DNA from: Eledone cirrhosa
Lineage: Eukaryota
Direction: 5' to 3'
NCBI GenBank assembly: GCA_964016885.1
Contig: OZ024741.1
Coordinates: forward strand, 207,762,001 to 207,826,000
Length of the DNA: 64,000 nucleotides
In this document: one piece after another, positions 1-18,575 of the stretch
Layout of the letters: the number at the start of each line of letters is the position of its first letter
Numbering within the stretch: position 1 is the stretch's first letter
Position numbers and translations under genes: made by a program
Notes under the pieces: model-generated
What the model was told of the DNA's origin: nothing
Seen by the model: only the letters and a program-made list of their open reading frames with translations
Databases searched by the model: none

Positions 1-4797
<4,797 letters not shown>

Positions 4798-7700
4798 GGA
4801 CGTGCGGAAGATCGCTGGTAAGTTTTTGGAAAATTTTCCATACAAAAACAGAATTCATTGTGTAGAATTTTATATTGTTTGATAGATTAACACCCAGGCT
4901 GAATTATCAGCTGGGTGGTAATCTCAGTTTTCGCACCACAGTGGCGGAAATTTGATTTTAAAAAAATTGACAAGTTTTAAAAATATTCCTAACTTTAACA
5001 ATGTGTGACTTACAACGAACGCTAGACTGCGAGAAGAGAGGGAAAGAGACAGATATAAGCGTTATATCTCCCTCTATTTCCATAGAAGTATCTATGGAGA
5101 CAAACAACAACAAAACTTCGTTTCGTAAAGAAATGGATATTTACACAACAAAAGATGAAAATAACAGACCGCAACAGACACCAAAAATTACAGAAAATGC
5201 AGAAATTGAACAACTACAACCGAAAAACCAACAACAACAAAATTGAAAAAACAACATTCGCACAGATTGTGATAAATAAAACAGAGTACAAACACATCGA
5301 CATATGCAACTCCAAACAAATTTTGACCGATGCAAAACAATTCATAACCTTTGAAGAAAAGGGTGGGTTTCATATAAACTCACCCTTGCAAATTAAACGA
5401 GAAACAGTTCGAAGGACAGTAACCTTCAGAACTGTTTCAAATCAAACGAAAAAACCTGTATTCCTCAGTCAAGGAGAAATTGAAACAACCCTGAAAGAGG
5501 CTCTGCTGGACATTGATTTTATGCACAGGGCCAGACTATATGGAAGTGTTTCGGTACTTTTTACAAGCGAGGCCCTCGCACAAAAACATTGTTACACCAG
5601 TCATCACAAAAGCACACACCTTTTCCCCTACATACATGGGAAAAATAACTCAAAAAATTAAAATAAATAATATACCGCCAAACATCAACATTTGGTGGAT
5701 CTTGGCCGGTTTTATAGAGCCAGAAAGTGATACAATTCTTTCGGTCAGGAAATCGACCAGACAAAGGTGGGCAGGGACAAATTTGGAAATTCTGATACAA
5801 ATGACACCAGAAAGAATTTCCAAAGTCCCCGAAAGAGTGCTGGTTGACAACCAGAACTACATCAACATCGTAACTGGGGGCAGAAAGCCACACTGTTTTC
5901 GATGTGCAAGCACATCACACCTAAAAGCCTCCTGTCCTTTACAAACAAATCTTTAAAAAAAAAGTACTTTTACCAACACCAACACCAAAACAATCACCAC
6001 CATCACCACCACCACCACCACCACCACCACCACCACCACCACCACCACCACGACAATAACAACAACAGACGAAACGAGCAAACACACCAAAACAAACAGC
6101 CACTCAACCAACAACAACAGAAAAAACAGAGACAACACCGCTGAAGAACACAGCCCCACCCCATCCCACTCCATCAAACACTACCACAAACAGACACACC
6201 GAAACACCACCACCACACAACATACCCCTACCCACACTCCTAATGATGATTATTCATCGACGGATGAAGCTGCTTCTCCTTCTTTAAGTGAAGAAGAGGG
6301 AGAGCCGCGGAAATCTAAAAAACAAAAAGAGACACCACAAAACCCCAAAATTCCAATCACCAACACCAACACACAACCACAGATACAAACAACACCACAA
6401 ACAATACCACAAACAACACCACAGTCAAACATCCCCCTACCAGCAAAACCAACACCAACACCACCCCAAACACAAGCACCCACCATAAAAAGAAAACTCC
6501 CGGACGAACCACACAAACAACAATACGCATACATCAACACAAACAACAAGAGTTTGATGGAGGTCATCTCCCAAAACCCCGAGGTGGAGACGGAGGGGAA
6601 AACTTTCGTCAAAGCAGAATCGTCTCCACACCTTAAACTTATAAGGGTTTCTATGGAAACCTATAATGAACTGAAAAATAAATTTTCAGAGGGCGTGGGC
6701 AACCCTTGCCAAAAACCAATAAACAGTGTCCTGTTGAAATGTTTCCCCACCCCACTCAACATCCGCACCAGAACTGAAATGGAGATTGAACAACACGATC
6801 TCCAGTAAACGAAACGGTAAGTGCACCTTTCGTCCTTTTTCTCCAACTCTTCTTCACCAACATGGCTAGTTTAGGAGTTGGAAGCGTGAATGTGCGTGGC
6901 CGAGGGATGCCCTGGAAACAGGGCCAACTTTTAAACGACCTTAGGTCACACGGTATGGATGTGATAGCCATCACCGAGTCCAGGATCCACAACAGGCAGC
7001 AACTAACCCCCATCTTCGATGACTTTGAGATCTACGCATCTCTCTGTCAGCCAGGAGGTGGAGGGGGAGTGGCTGTCATGTTTCAGAAGAACCTGGACGT
7101 CGAAGTACAGCAAGTACACTTGGACCCGGAGGGTAGACTGGTAGTCCTAGACGTGAACAGTATTGGAGGTGGAGCCTTCAGACTGGTGGCCGTTTATGCC
7201 CCGACCGGCCAATCGCAATCACGGCCAGACATCTTTAAACGTCTAGAGTCTTTTCTGGGAACGTCTCGCTCCTTACATTTAGTGGGGGACTGAAATGGTA
7301 TCCTAGATGCACGATGGGACTATGTGGGAGTATGTCGCAGTAGAGGGGGGGCAACAGCCTCAAAATTTTAATCGGCCAACTCCAACTGGCCGATAGGTAT
7401 CGACAGGATTTCCCGACTGCACCACAGTGGACGTGGGCAAACCGCAGCGGGACATCTAGATCGTATTTAGATAGGTTCTTCATTAGAGAAAGGGACAAGG
7501 AGATGTTACGCTGTCCACGAATGCACATGGTTGCCTATTCAGATAACAAATTAGTCGTCTGCTTAGTCAACCGTGATAGAACTCATAGACAAGGACCCGG
7601 ACACTGGAAGCTGAACGTGTCGTTGCTGACCCGTAAAGCTTACAGTGAACGGATAAGTAGACTAGTCAAGCAACAGTTAACGGGAGCCATCGTCAACAAT

Positions 7701-10453
7701 AAATGGTGGTACTCTCTCAAGAAAGCAATTAGAATAGAATCGATAGGGTTTAGCAGAGAGTTAGCCTTAGAGAAAAACAAAATAGAAAAAGAACTAGAAG
7801 CCAAGATAGAGGAGGCACTTAGAAGTGGCAACGCGGCTAGAGTGTTAGCGTCGAGAACGGCACTGGACCAGTTCTTCGATGCGAAACACGAAGGCTGCGT
7901 GGTCAGAAGCAAAACACGTGCTCTAGGAAACAAAGGAGCGAAGGCTGTCAGCTGGGCCCGAATGGCGGAGACAAAACTGGCAACAAGACCACGATTCGGT
8001 CTTTGAAAGACCAAAACAGACGCGTGCTACTAGACCCCAAGCAAATGTGCGCGGGCTTTCAGCATCACTTTGCGCGACTGTTTGAGCAGAACGACGGTGA
8101 GCCGAATGGGGTAATGGAGTTTAGTTCATACCTCGACGGCTTGCCGCGTCTCTCGAACACGGACGCCGAGTTCTGCGAAAGACCGATCACAGACACTGAG
8201 ATACGGGACGCTATGGGCCGCTGCGGGAAACGCAAGTCACCCGGTCTAGATGGTCTACCCTATGAGTTTTACATAGGCATGTCGTACTTGTTCTCTGGCG
8301 TCCTCGAAGCCGTATACTGCAATTGGCAGCAGAACGGGAAAATTCCCAGTTCTGCAGACAAGGGCGTAGTAACGCTGATCAGGAAAGACGAGAACAAGGG
8401 GCAGGAAATTAACAACTTCATGCCCATAACTCTGCTCAACACAGAGTTAAAGATTTTGACCAAGGTGCTAGCGACGTGGTTGGCACCTGTCGTCGAGAAC
8501 CTGGTAGGGAAAGCGCAAACGTGTGCAATCCCGATCAGGTCCATACACGACAATCCCCACCTCATGCGATAGATCATAGAGAGAGTGGGTAGTAAATCAA
8601 TATGGATCAGTCTAAGGCATTCGATATGGTCGACCATCGATACTTGGAAGCGGTTCTCAAGGCGGCCGGTTTCGGTCCCGTTTTCAGAGGCTGGATCGAG
8701 GCGATGCACACCAGCATCTGCTCGAGGGTCAAGGTGAACGGCTACCTATCGGAGCCGTTCGCAATCACGCGTTCCATTCGACAGGGGTGCCCTCTCTCCT
8801 TCAGTCTGTATGTATTGATTCTAGAGCCACTACTGCGGAAATTGGAGCTGTTGCAGGGCATCCCTCTAGAACCGGGACTGCGCAAAGCAGCGTCGGCTTA
8901 TGCCGATGACGTCACCGTAATGGTGTCGAGCACCCCGGAAATCGGGGTGATCGGCAACGTACTGAAAGAATACTAAACCCGGACAAGTCTGTCGGTTTGC
9001 AACTCGGTACGTGGAGAGGCAAACCGATGACGTCCGACAGCGTCGTTGGACGCTGGACGGACGGACCGGTGAAATTGCTCGGGGTCTGGTTCGGTCCAGA
9101 CCTCCAGGTGGAGAAACACTGGAACGAGGTCACGGCCAAGGTGGTTGCGCTCACCCAGAAGTGGGCAGAGTGCAAACTTTCCTTGAAAGGTCGAGCGGAG
9201 GTGGCGAACACTTTCATAGCGTCCGTCATCTACTATCGCCAAGATGGAGCGCATGCTCTTCCAGTTTCTGTGGAAGAAGCAGGCTCGGCTGCTGAAGAGA
9301 TCCGTCTGCTGTCAGCACCCTTCCAACGGAGGGCTGGGAATGCTGTGGCTGAAAATGTGCAAACATGCGCTGAGGCTGCGGCATCTCCAGGTATTCCTCA
9401 CCGACCCCCAACCGGTGTGGGCACCGTTTGTGAGACAGGCTTTCCCGCAGCTCGTCTCGCTGACGGAACTGCAGTCGTGGGTCAAGAAAAGACCGAAAAC
9501 GATGGGCACCTGGCACATTGAATGCGCTCAGGCGCTCACAGTCCTCTGTCAAGCGGGAATAGCAATCAGTGGAGACTCCACTTCGACGTTCTATAGAGAG
9601 ATTGTACGTTACAAGGGCGACGACGTGTTCGGAGAGACTCTGGGCGTCGAAGACGATGAGCTCACCAGTCTATTTGGTAGGACTTTCCGCCCGGGACCGA
9701 TGGACAACTTCCAGAGTTCCCTGGCAGTGCTACCGCGGAGCTCTACCGGTTCCTGACAAGATCTACAGGCACGGACTGCCCGGTAGGGATCCTTCCAAGA
9801 GGACGTGTCCAAGATGCGGGCAGGACATTGAAACCGTCCTGCACTCAATTGTACACTGCTTGGGCGTAATCGACCTGTGGAACTATGCAGAACAACTGCT
9901 GTCGCATATGGGACAAATCCAGTTGACTGCCGAGTCCATAGTGAGAATCAAACCGCCAGCCTCTTTCAAAAACGAAAGAGAGGCGGTTTTCCTCTGTACA
10001 GTGGCTATGGTGAAAGAAGTTATATGGTGGACGAGATCGAGAGGACTGAGGACAGATGCCTTTCTCATCGGACAACAATTGATTCCCTTCTTTAAGTATC
10101 ACTTTAGAAGGAGAATCAGGGTGGAGAGAGAGAGGCACTGCACCCCAGTAAATTTACTGAAAGGTGGGTGAATGTGGCAAAAATGGCCCGAGTGATTGGG
10201 CCTTCTCTGTTTATAAGCCTGTAGGTTAAAGAGAGCAAAGGGAAGAAAGGAGCACTTGCACAACACGCTCCTGAAGTTGAGGGTTGTTCTATCGACGGGG
10301 TATTAAACAACCCATTTGTGACGCTTCCCCCCTATTGGGGATTTCGATTGTTGTAATTGTTTTTTTAATATTTTTTACACGACTGTATGTAAAATCCCCG
10401 ACATGTCTTTGTATTGTCCCCTTTTCTTGTGCGCCCTTGTGGCAAATAAAGAA

Positions 10454-10454
<1 letters not shown>
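4798..10454 (+). mobile_element. Tx1-clade LINE copy 2, apparently full length, degraded, flanked by (CTAT)n
   Basis: Frameshifted ORF1 5001-6808 with knuckle CFRCASTSHLKASC. ORF2 6862-10224 in pieces: APE (GSVNVRG), RT (RQGCPLS, YADD), CPRC..H..C. The 3' end GTGGCAAATAAAGAAAT is followed by (CTAT)n at 10455-10508. Confidence 0.93.
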
Positions 10455-10509
<55 letters not shown>

Positions 10510-11870
10510 CTTCTTTTTTATCTACACCTCTCTTCTTCTCCCTCCCCTATCTATTTTCTATTACCCTCTCGAATCAACCTTTCATCTTTCTCTTCTTCCT
10601 CTTCCACCCTCCCCGTTCTCCACCCCCTCCACCTCCTCCTTCGCATTGTCATATTTTTCAGTCCTCCCTCTCTATCTCCTCTCTAGTATTCCCCCTTTCT
10701 TCCCTTCCAATCCAACCCTATCTTATATTCCCTGTCCCGATCTTCTATTCCTCCAATTGTTACGTTTTTCCCTTGTCTTGGTTTTATGGTCTCTCTTAAA
10801 ACTTTTAATTTTTCTGATTCCTATCATTCTCTTTCTCAACCGATCTTCTTCTGTTTCCTTTCTAGCTCTCTTTCTTCTTCTTCTTCTTCTTCTTCTTCTT
10901 CTTCTTCTTCTTCTTCTTCTTCTTCTTCTTCTTCTTCTTCTTCTTCTTCTTCTTCTTCTTCTTCTTCTTCTTCTTCTTCTTCTTCTTCTTCTTCTCCTCC
11001 TCCTCCTCCTCCTCCTCCTCCTCCTCCTCCTCCATCTCCTCCTCCATCTCCTCCTCCATCTCCTCCTCCTTCTCCTCTATCTCCGCCTCCTCCTTCCCGT
11101 CTTTTCCTCCTCCTTCTCGCCCTTTTCCTCCCCCTTCTCCCTCGCCTCTGCCTCCTCCTCGCCATCCTCCCCCTCCTACTTTGCTTTTCTGGTTTTGTCT
11201 TGTCCCCCCCCCCGTCTTCCACACTTTCTCCTCACACAATACTTCTTAATCTTTGTCTTACTTTTACTTTTCTCCTAACTTAAAACAACTTCTGTCAATT
11301 CTTTTAATCTTCCTCCATTTTCCTCGTATTCTTTTGTCTTTTTTCATTTACTCCCTCCATTAACCTCTTCCTTTCTAATTCGTTTCACCTTTCTTCTCTC
11401 TCCTCCTCCCCATAGCCTCCTATATTCTCTGTATCTTTCCCTTCTCTCTTTTCATTTGCTTGAACTTTCCTCCACCTCCATCTCCTCCTTCTTCTCTTAT
11501 CTATTCTTCTCCTTTTTCCTTCATTCGCCTGTGTTCATCACCTCCTACTCCTTTACAATGCTGTCGTCTGCTCTAATGATTTCACCCCATCTTCCACCGC
11601 TTACATTCACACTACTACTCCCTTTTCTCCTTTTTCGACACCTACCTCTTATTCCATAATCTGTGCCTTCTCCCACACCATTCTATCACCATCGCTTCTT
11701 TATGAGTTCACCCCATATCTCTTTTCTTTTCCTTTTCCTTTTATACTTTCTATTCTGTCTTCTGTGTATCATTTTCGTCTAATATAACATCAATAATTTC
11801 AACATATCTGCTCTTATTTTCCTTCTAACACTATACTCCTTCACATTTTATCTCTTTCCACTATTTTTAT
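10510..11870. repeat. Long polypyrimidine low-complexity tract including (TTC)n and (TCC)n
   Basis: (TTC)n about 10870-10995, then (TCC)n. The + strand is strongly C/T biased. Confidence 0.9.
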
Positions 11871-12305
11871 CGCTTAATCAGAGAGGGGAAAACAGCCCCT
11901 ATGACGCTCTTCAGGGCTTCCAAGCTAGTGCGAGGAAGTTAACCTCAAACCGGAGACAAGGCCTGAATACTTGCAATAGAATGGAGTCCGCTAAAAAAAT
12001 ACCCAATGACCAGGTGGTAGTATTAAACCAGTCGACAGAATAAGTTTGCCACTCAAGTAGGCAGCAATGGAAGTTGAACTCAGAATTCAAAGAGCCGGAA
12101 CAAATATCACAAGGCATTCCATCATTAATTCGCGAACAAAGTCGTAGAGAAAACCCCAAAATGAGACTTTGGATTAAAAGATTTGATACATAGGGGGTAG
12201 GGGTACTACTGGGTAATCTCTCTTTGCTCAGAATAATATTTCTTAGTATATACTCGATGGAGTTCAATCATTCAGTGGTAGACCGTAATTAGCAGGTTTC
12301 CAGAA
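11868..12305 (-). mobile_element. Possible degraded CR1/L2-like LINE 3' fragment
   Basis: The minus translation YSVDWFNTTTWSLGIFLADSILLQVFR loosely resembles CR1/L2 ORF2 C-termini, followed by a short hairpin and an A-rich end. Weak evidence. Confidence 0.3.
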
Positions 12306-12746
12306 TATATTTAAATGAGAAATTTAAATGAGAAACAGAGAAAATAATTTCCTATTCAAACTATAATTTTCGTTCGTGTTGCAGCCATAATTTCAGTTAA
12401 TTATAGTTATATAGTTGACTTCTTCTGGTTTATGGCCTTGAAAGAATACATGTCATCTATCTTAACAAAACTCAGGGCCCATTGTAAGATCTGTATATAA
12501 TGGCTGGGAACCTGTTACATTAACAAGCGTCATTCTGATTGGTTCATTCTTTTTATTTTCGTGAGTGGGAGAGATGCTATTATATATTTCATTATTTCAT
12601 AACAATACGGTGGATTGGCAGTATCAGTATAAAAATAAACAAAGAGAGTCAAACCTTATATCGGGAAGTTCATATCCGTTGCACCAAGAGTAAATATATA
12701 AATACATTATCGGAGAAAGCTAATAGCAATACTCCTCCCAAAGTAT

Positions 12747-12820
<74 letters not shown>

Positions 12821-13879
12821 ATATTTAAAGGTTAAACATGGTTCAATGAATAAATCAAAGAATGAGTTTTACAATAGATTGGAAGCACTCAACAAAAATG
12901 GTTTTCCCCTTTTGGGGTATGTTAGTTTTAAGATTTAGGATGTTTGATTTATATATTTATATTTATTTATATATATGTATGGTATATGCGCCCACACGAT
13001 CCTAGTCGACAAACTTTTTCCACTTAACTTGATGTAAAACTTCAATTATAACTTTACTAACAATGATTTTATTATTTATTTATTATATGTATATGGATCA
13101 CTAATATCGTCTTGAGTTCCGAACAGAATACTCTGTATATATTTGGACAAATGTGAATATCTGGTTTAATAACATGCGTCTAGCTACATTTATAAGTACT
13201 TTAGAAACTTAAGGACTTTCTAGTGTTATAATTGTTAAATATTTTCTAAATTATATAACGATTATTATTTTTTTTATTTAATTAAATTCTGGTTACTTCC
13301 GGGTCGATGAAAATCTTAAGTTTTCTCTTTCTCATGTTTGCAGACACTTTAAATATGATATTATACTACAATATAGATCCTTAAAAAATTTCTTGTATTT
13401 TTAAATTATATAGCTTAGATATTTGGCACTTATATGATCGCAAACAATTTACTTATTTACTTTGAATCTGGTTCTTATCCTTATGATTCATGAAGTTTGA
13501 TTTGTATATTTATAGTACATATGTATTACATGATCCTAATATAATAATTGATCTAAAACCTTAATTTTAACAATATTAACAGTAACTTATTTATTATATT
13601 GTATTATATTATGTTATGTATAACTGACTAATATCGTCTTGAATTTTAGACAGTATACTCTTTGTACATATTTAGACAAATGCGTATATCTAATTTAATA
13701 ATACACTTTTTTAAGTTTAATTATAAGGCCTTTAGATACTTTCTGGCATTCTAATTGTTAATTTAAAATTTTTAAAGTTATAACTGTAATTATTTTCTAA
13801 ATTATATAATGAGAATTATTATTTTAATATTTAAAAATATATATATATATATATATTTTTAAATATAATATAAGATAAT

Positions 13880-14066
13880 TGTTTCTATTTTAGGCACAAG
13901 GCCAGCAAGTACCCAGTACATTACTGGTACTTTATTTTATCGACCTCGTAAGGATGAAAGGCAAAGTTAACCTCGGCGAGATTTGATCTCAGATCATAAA
14001 GGAACGTAACTCTATGCTTCAAAGCATGGTGTCCGACTGTCTACCGATACTGCCAATCCACCGCCC
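13880..14066 (-). mobile_element. tRNA-derived SINE with 18-bp TSD
   Basis: Reverse complement of the 583-775 family. AATATAATATAAGATAAT is repeated at 13862-13879 and 14073-14090. Confidence 0.92.
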
Positions 14067-14920
14067 TTGTATAATATAATATAAGATAATATAATTTAAT
14101 ATGGATTACCTTCGTGTGGATGAAAATACTAAGTCTCTTCCTTCTCATGTTTGCAAATACTTTAAATATGATTTTATAAATTAAATATTTTAGTATACTT
14201 TAATATCAATATAGATATTTATAAACTTTTATAGCCTGAAATATTATACCTTTAGATTAATTCATTATTCTGAACTAACATAAATGATTCGAAATTTAAC
14301 GGTCAGCCGGATACGTTTGGATATATATAGTATATATAATTAATTGTTAGTATATTTCTAATTAACTAAGGACTCGAAATTAAACCCTCATATAATTACA
14401 CCCAGATATATTTAATATTTAGATTGATGGATACTTTTAGATAATTCGAAGATTCGAGTTTACTCTTTCACAAAGCTATGCCCAAATATATATTCATGTA
14501 TTTATATTTATATAGATATATATATTTTTGCATCATCTAATCACACCCTATTCATCCACGACAATACAAATCTCCCTCCCTATGCTTTACACTATAAAAA
14601 TGATTCCCCCTTGTCTCTCTATCCTTGATCAACTCTCTTTTGCTTTCTATACTTCTAGTAACTATATTTTTTCCTCATCTGTTTCTCTCTGTCTTTCTTC
14701 TTTCTTTCTTCTTTCTTCAATAATTTAAATTAGTTGAATCTCTAACAGTTATGTAAATTGCTATTATGTATTTTTAAACTTTCTCACCCTCTGTATTATA
14801 TGTAAATTTTTTCATGTCTCAATCTTAAGGTATATAAATATTGAGTTTTGTCATATCTTACTCACTACCATGACTGAATCTTAATCATCTACTAAGTCAG
14901 GGTATGTCATGCATCATCTT

Positions 14921-14985
14921 ATTTTATCTGATGAGAATGTACTGTTGAAGATAGCTCAGTACCTCTGAAATATGTATAATAAAAT
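14921..14985 (+). ncRNA. Type-I hammerhead ribozyme (stem II partly decayed)
   Basis: ATTTTAT-CTGATGA-..GTACTG/CAGTAC..-GAAA-TATGTA-TA-ATAAAAT. Stem I is ATTTTAT/ATAAAAT. Confidence 0.7.
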
Positions 14986-15027
14986 ATACTTGATCACACG
15001 AATGTCTATTTTTGTTAATATTTCGAA

Positions 15028-15152
<125 letters not shown>

Positions 15153-15299
15153 GTGTATGTCATGCCGATCACTCCATAGGGTTCATGCTTATGCACAGTC
15201 ATCAACATAAATTTTGAAGAGTGCATTTAAGCACAAACATCCCTAGCCCTCGAATAAATAGTATTGCTTCGCAGCTATACAGTATACTTCAGTTCTTTT

Positions 15300-15373
<74 letters not shown>

Positions 15374-15394
15374 ATATATATATATATATATATA

Positions 15395-16171
15395 TTTGGG
15401 AAAAGTGAAACGAAATTTCATTTCCCACTCTTAGTACGGCTGTTACTTAAATATAAGTATGTATACGTACATACATATATGTATACAGACATACAGTAGT
15501 ATGTATATATATACATGCACATACATACATGCACATATATATATATATGTACGTATGGGTTTACCGAACATTTATTATAATGCTCGGTGTGTTTGTAAAC
15601 AAACAGCCCGAATTAAACCATACAGTGTTTAGCAACCATCGTTGCCCTGTTGTTCACCGCTGACAAAGGAACGATGTACTAGTTTCAAGCTTATTAGCTA
15701 TCGTCATACATATCTGTATACATATATGTAAGTACGTATATATACTTATATTTAAGTAACAGCCGTACTAAGAGTGAGAAATGAAATTTCGTTTCATTTT
15801 TTCCATTTATCGTTTCGGTGCGTCCGGCCGACTAACTCACTCGATATGCAAATTAGGCTGCTCAGCCGTTAATATGCATAAGGAAAGTATATACTTTCAG
15901 ACAGTCACTCATCTGGCAGGAAGTTATACGATGCTGACGATAACTAATAAGCTTGAAACTAGTACATCGTTCCTTTGTCAGTGTTGAACAAAAGGGCAAC
16001 GATGGTTGCTAAACACTGTACGGCTTAATTCGGGCTGTTTGTTTACAAACAAACCGAGCATTATAATAAATTTTCGGTAAACCCATACGTACATATATAT
16101 ATGTGTGCATGTATGTATATATATACATAATACTGTACGTCTGTATACATATATGTATGTACGTATACATA

Positions 16172-16175
<4 letters not shown>
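15395..16175. mobile_element. Retrozyme-like element family B (~427-bp unit), head-to-head inverted structure in (TA)n
   Basis: 15395-15706 is an inverted partial copy of the + unit. The + arm 15713-16175 repeats TCTGTATACATATATGTA at 15713 and 16140. It contains a hammerhead and an ATGCAAAT motif. Confidence 0.8.
15928..15970 (+). ncRNA. Minimal type-I hammerhead ribozyme (family B); truncated second copy at 15671-15706 on minus strand
   Basis: ACGATG-CTGACGA-TAACTAATAAGCTT-GAAA-CTAG-TA-CATCGT. The inverted copy has a perfect AGCT/AGCT stem II. Stem III is the palindrome ACTAGT. Confidence 0.88.
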
Positions 16176-16241
<66 letters not shown>

Positions 16242-16263
16242 TATGTATATATATATATATAAG

Positions 16264-16314
<51 letters not shown>

Positions 16315-17113
16315 ATATGCATGTGTGTGTATATGTATGCGTGTGTCTCTGTCTGTGTGAATGTGTGTGTGTGCGTGTGCATTTGTGTCCACAGATAAAT
16401 ATGTTAGCGATATGTAAATAGTTATTTTTTAAAAATAAAAAGATTTAAAGATTTCATTGAACAAGAACGATATTAAAATAAAAATAATTGATTAGATTAA
16501 CAATACGAGATACATGGCTTCATAAAATCTTCAAAAAATATACATCTATGTGGGTATAATAAGAAGTATCTGTGTATGTGCAAGTCTCTTTGTGAAAGTG
16601 TGAGTGTGTGTATGTATAAGGCAGATGAATGCATGTGGATGTCATGATATTCAAATCTCTTAAACAATATTTCACATGAAACCACCGTTACAACAACCAT
16701 TATTTTTTTCTTTTTTTTACTGTTTTACCCTCTACTTTTTACTCTCCATTCAAACTTCTTCAAAACTTATATATTACCGCTATTATTCATCCTGCTATCA
16801 CAGATGAATGGTCAATCAGAGTCATGCGTTGGCTTAAGACATTATATTCAAAATTAAACCATTACGAACACAGTCTCCATACCACCAACACAACCACCAC
16901 CACCACAACCACCACCACCACTGCAACCAACACCACAACCACCACCATCCTCATCACCACCGCCACTACCTATAATACCACCGCCGCTACCATCACCACT
17001 ACCACCACCACATTTATAAACACTCCATTAAACATACAATTGATTGTTGTGATAACTTTATGTTCGTGTTATTATTGTTTCTTGTAATGTATTTTTTTTT
17101 GCCGTCACTGTTG

Positions 17114-17169
<56 letters not shown>

Positions 17170-17848
17170 GTACATACATGCATACATACAAACATACATA
17201 CGTATACATCCGTACGTACGTACATACACACACACATATATATATGTGTGTGTGTGCTCGTGTGTGTGTGTATGTATGTACGTACGTATGATGGCGGGGT
17301 GTTTTTGTTGTTGTTGCTGTTGTTATTATCATTAACTTTTATGATTTTGCCGACATCACCTAAGGGACTAAGACAACAAAAGAAAAAAATAGAAGGAAAA
17401 GAAAACGGAAGAAGTAAACAGAGAAAGTTTCTAACAATTTAAAAACAAGAGAGGAATTGGTTAAATTTTACACGCTTCCTTGCACTATATAGCAATAAGG
17501 TAGTTATTGTAATGTAATGGCCGGGTGATGGTTTATGGTGAGATGAAGAGAGCGTTTGTTAAGCGTATTTGAAAAATCAAAACGTCCTTTGTAACAGCCT
17601 GAGATATATATATATATATATATACAATTAAGTTAAAAATGTACATCCACATATGTATACTGAAATACTAGTATGCATATGAATACACACACGTATACAT
17701 ATGTAGATGTACCAAGTTTTTTTCACTGGTCACTTTACTGTGAGTGTCCAGCTATTCTGTATGTAAACACACAGACAAACCGGTTTTTAGAGTCATACTG
17801 GTTTTTGAGGAAACACCTTTCCTCTATTCTCCAGAAAGCCAGACAAGG

Positions 17849-17893
17849 AATATTGAACTAGTTTCGTTGTTGTTACAACTCATCAGCAATATT
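17849..17893 (-). ncRNA. Minimal type-I hammerhead ribozyme (family A)
   Basis: Reverse complement reads AATATTG-CTGATGA-GTTGT-AACA-ACAAC-GAAA-CTAG-TT-CAATATT. Confidence 0.92.
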
Positions 17894-18253
17894 TACCTTT
17901 CTTCCGACCTTTCTGGAGAATCGTAAAAGCACATATCGTTATATGCTTTTTCTATGAAAATTAGTAGTGGGCAGACTAATTTGCATAGAGCGTGAGTGCG
18001 TACCGGTTCAACGGAGACGATAAAAACAAATAACGAAACGAAATTAAATTTCGTTTCGTTTGTAACTCATACAAAAGTGAGTTACAAACGAAACGAAATT
18101 TAATTTCGTTTCGTTATTTGTTTTTATCGTCTCCGTTGAACCGGTACGCACTCACGCTCTATGCAAATTAGTCTGCCCACTACTAATTTTCATAGAAAAA
18201 GCATATAACGATATGTGCTTTTACGATTCTCCAGAAAGGTCGGAAGAAAGGTA

Positions 18254-18298
18254 AATATTGCTGATGAGTTGTAACAACAACGAAACTAGTTCAATATT
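18254..18298 (+). ncRNA. Minimal type-I hammerhead ribozyme (family A)
   Basis: AATATTG-CTGATGA-GTTGT-AACA-ACAAC-GAAA-CTAG-TT-CAATATT: 7-bp stem I, 5-bp stem II, palindromic AACTAGTT stem III. Confidence 0.92.
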
Positions 18299-18575
18299 CC
18301 TTGTCTGGCTTTCTGGAGAATAGAGGAAAGGTGTTTCCTCAAAAACCAGTATGACTCTAAAAACCGGTTTGTCTGTGTGTTTACATACAGAATAGCTGGA
18401 CACTCACAGTAAAGTGACCAGTGAAAAAAACTTGGTACATCTACATATGTATACGTGTGTGTATTCATATGCATACTAGTATTTCAGTATACATATGTGG
18501 ATGTACATTTTTAACTTAATTGTTTAAGCGTCAGTCATACAAAAGTGAGTTACAAACGAAACGAAATTTAATTTG

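Noticed and set aside
5902-6144. Poly-His ORF
   Set aside because: (CAC)n expansion within the Pro/Thr-rich Tx1 ORF1, read in another frame.
10284-11283. Long poly-L/S/P/E/K ORFs
   Set aside because: Translations of (CTAT)n, (TTC)n and (TCC)n repeats.
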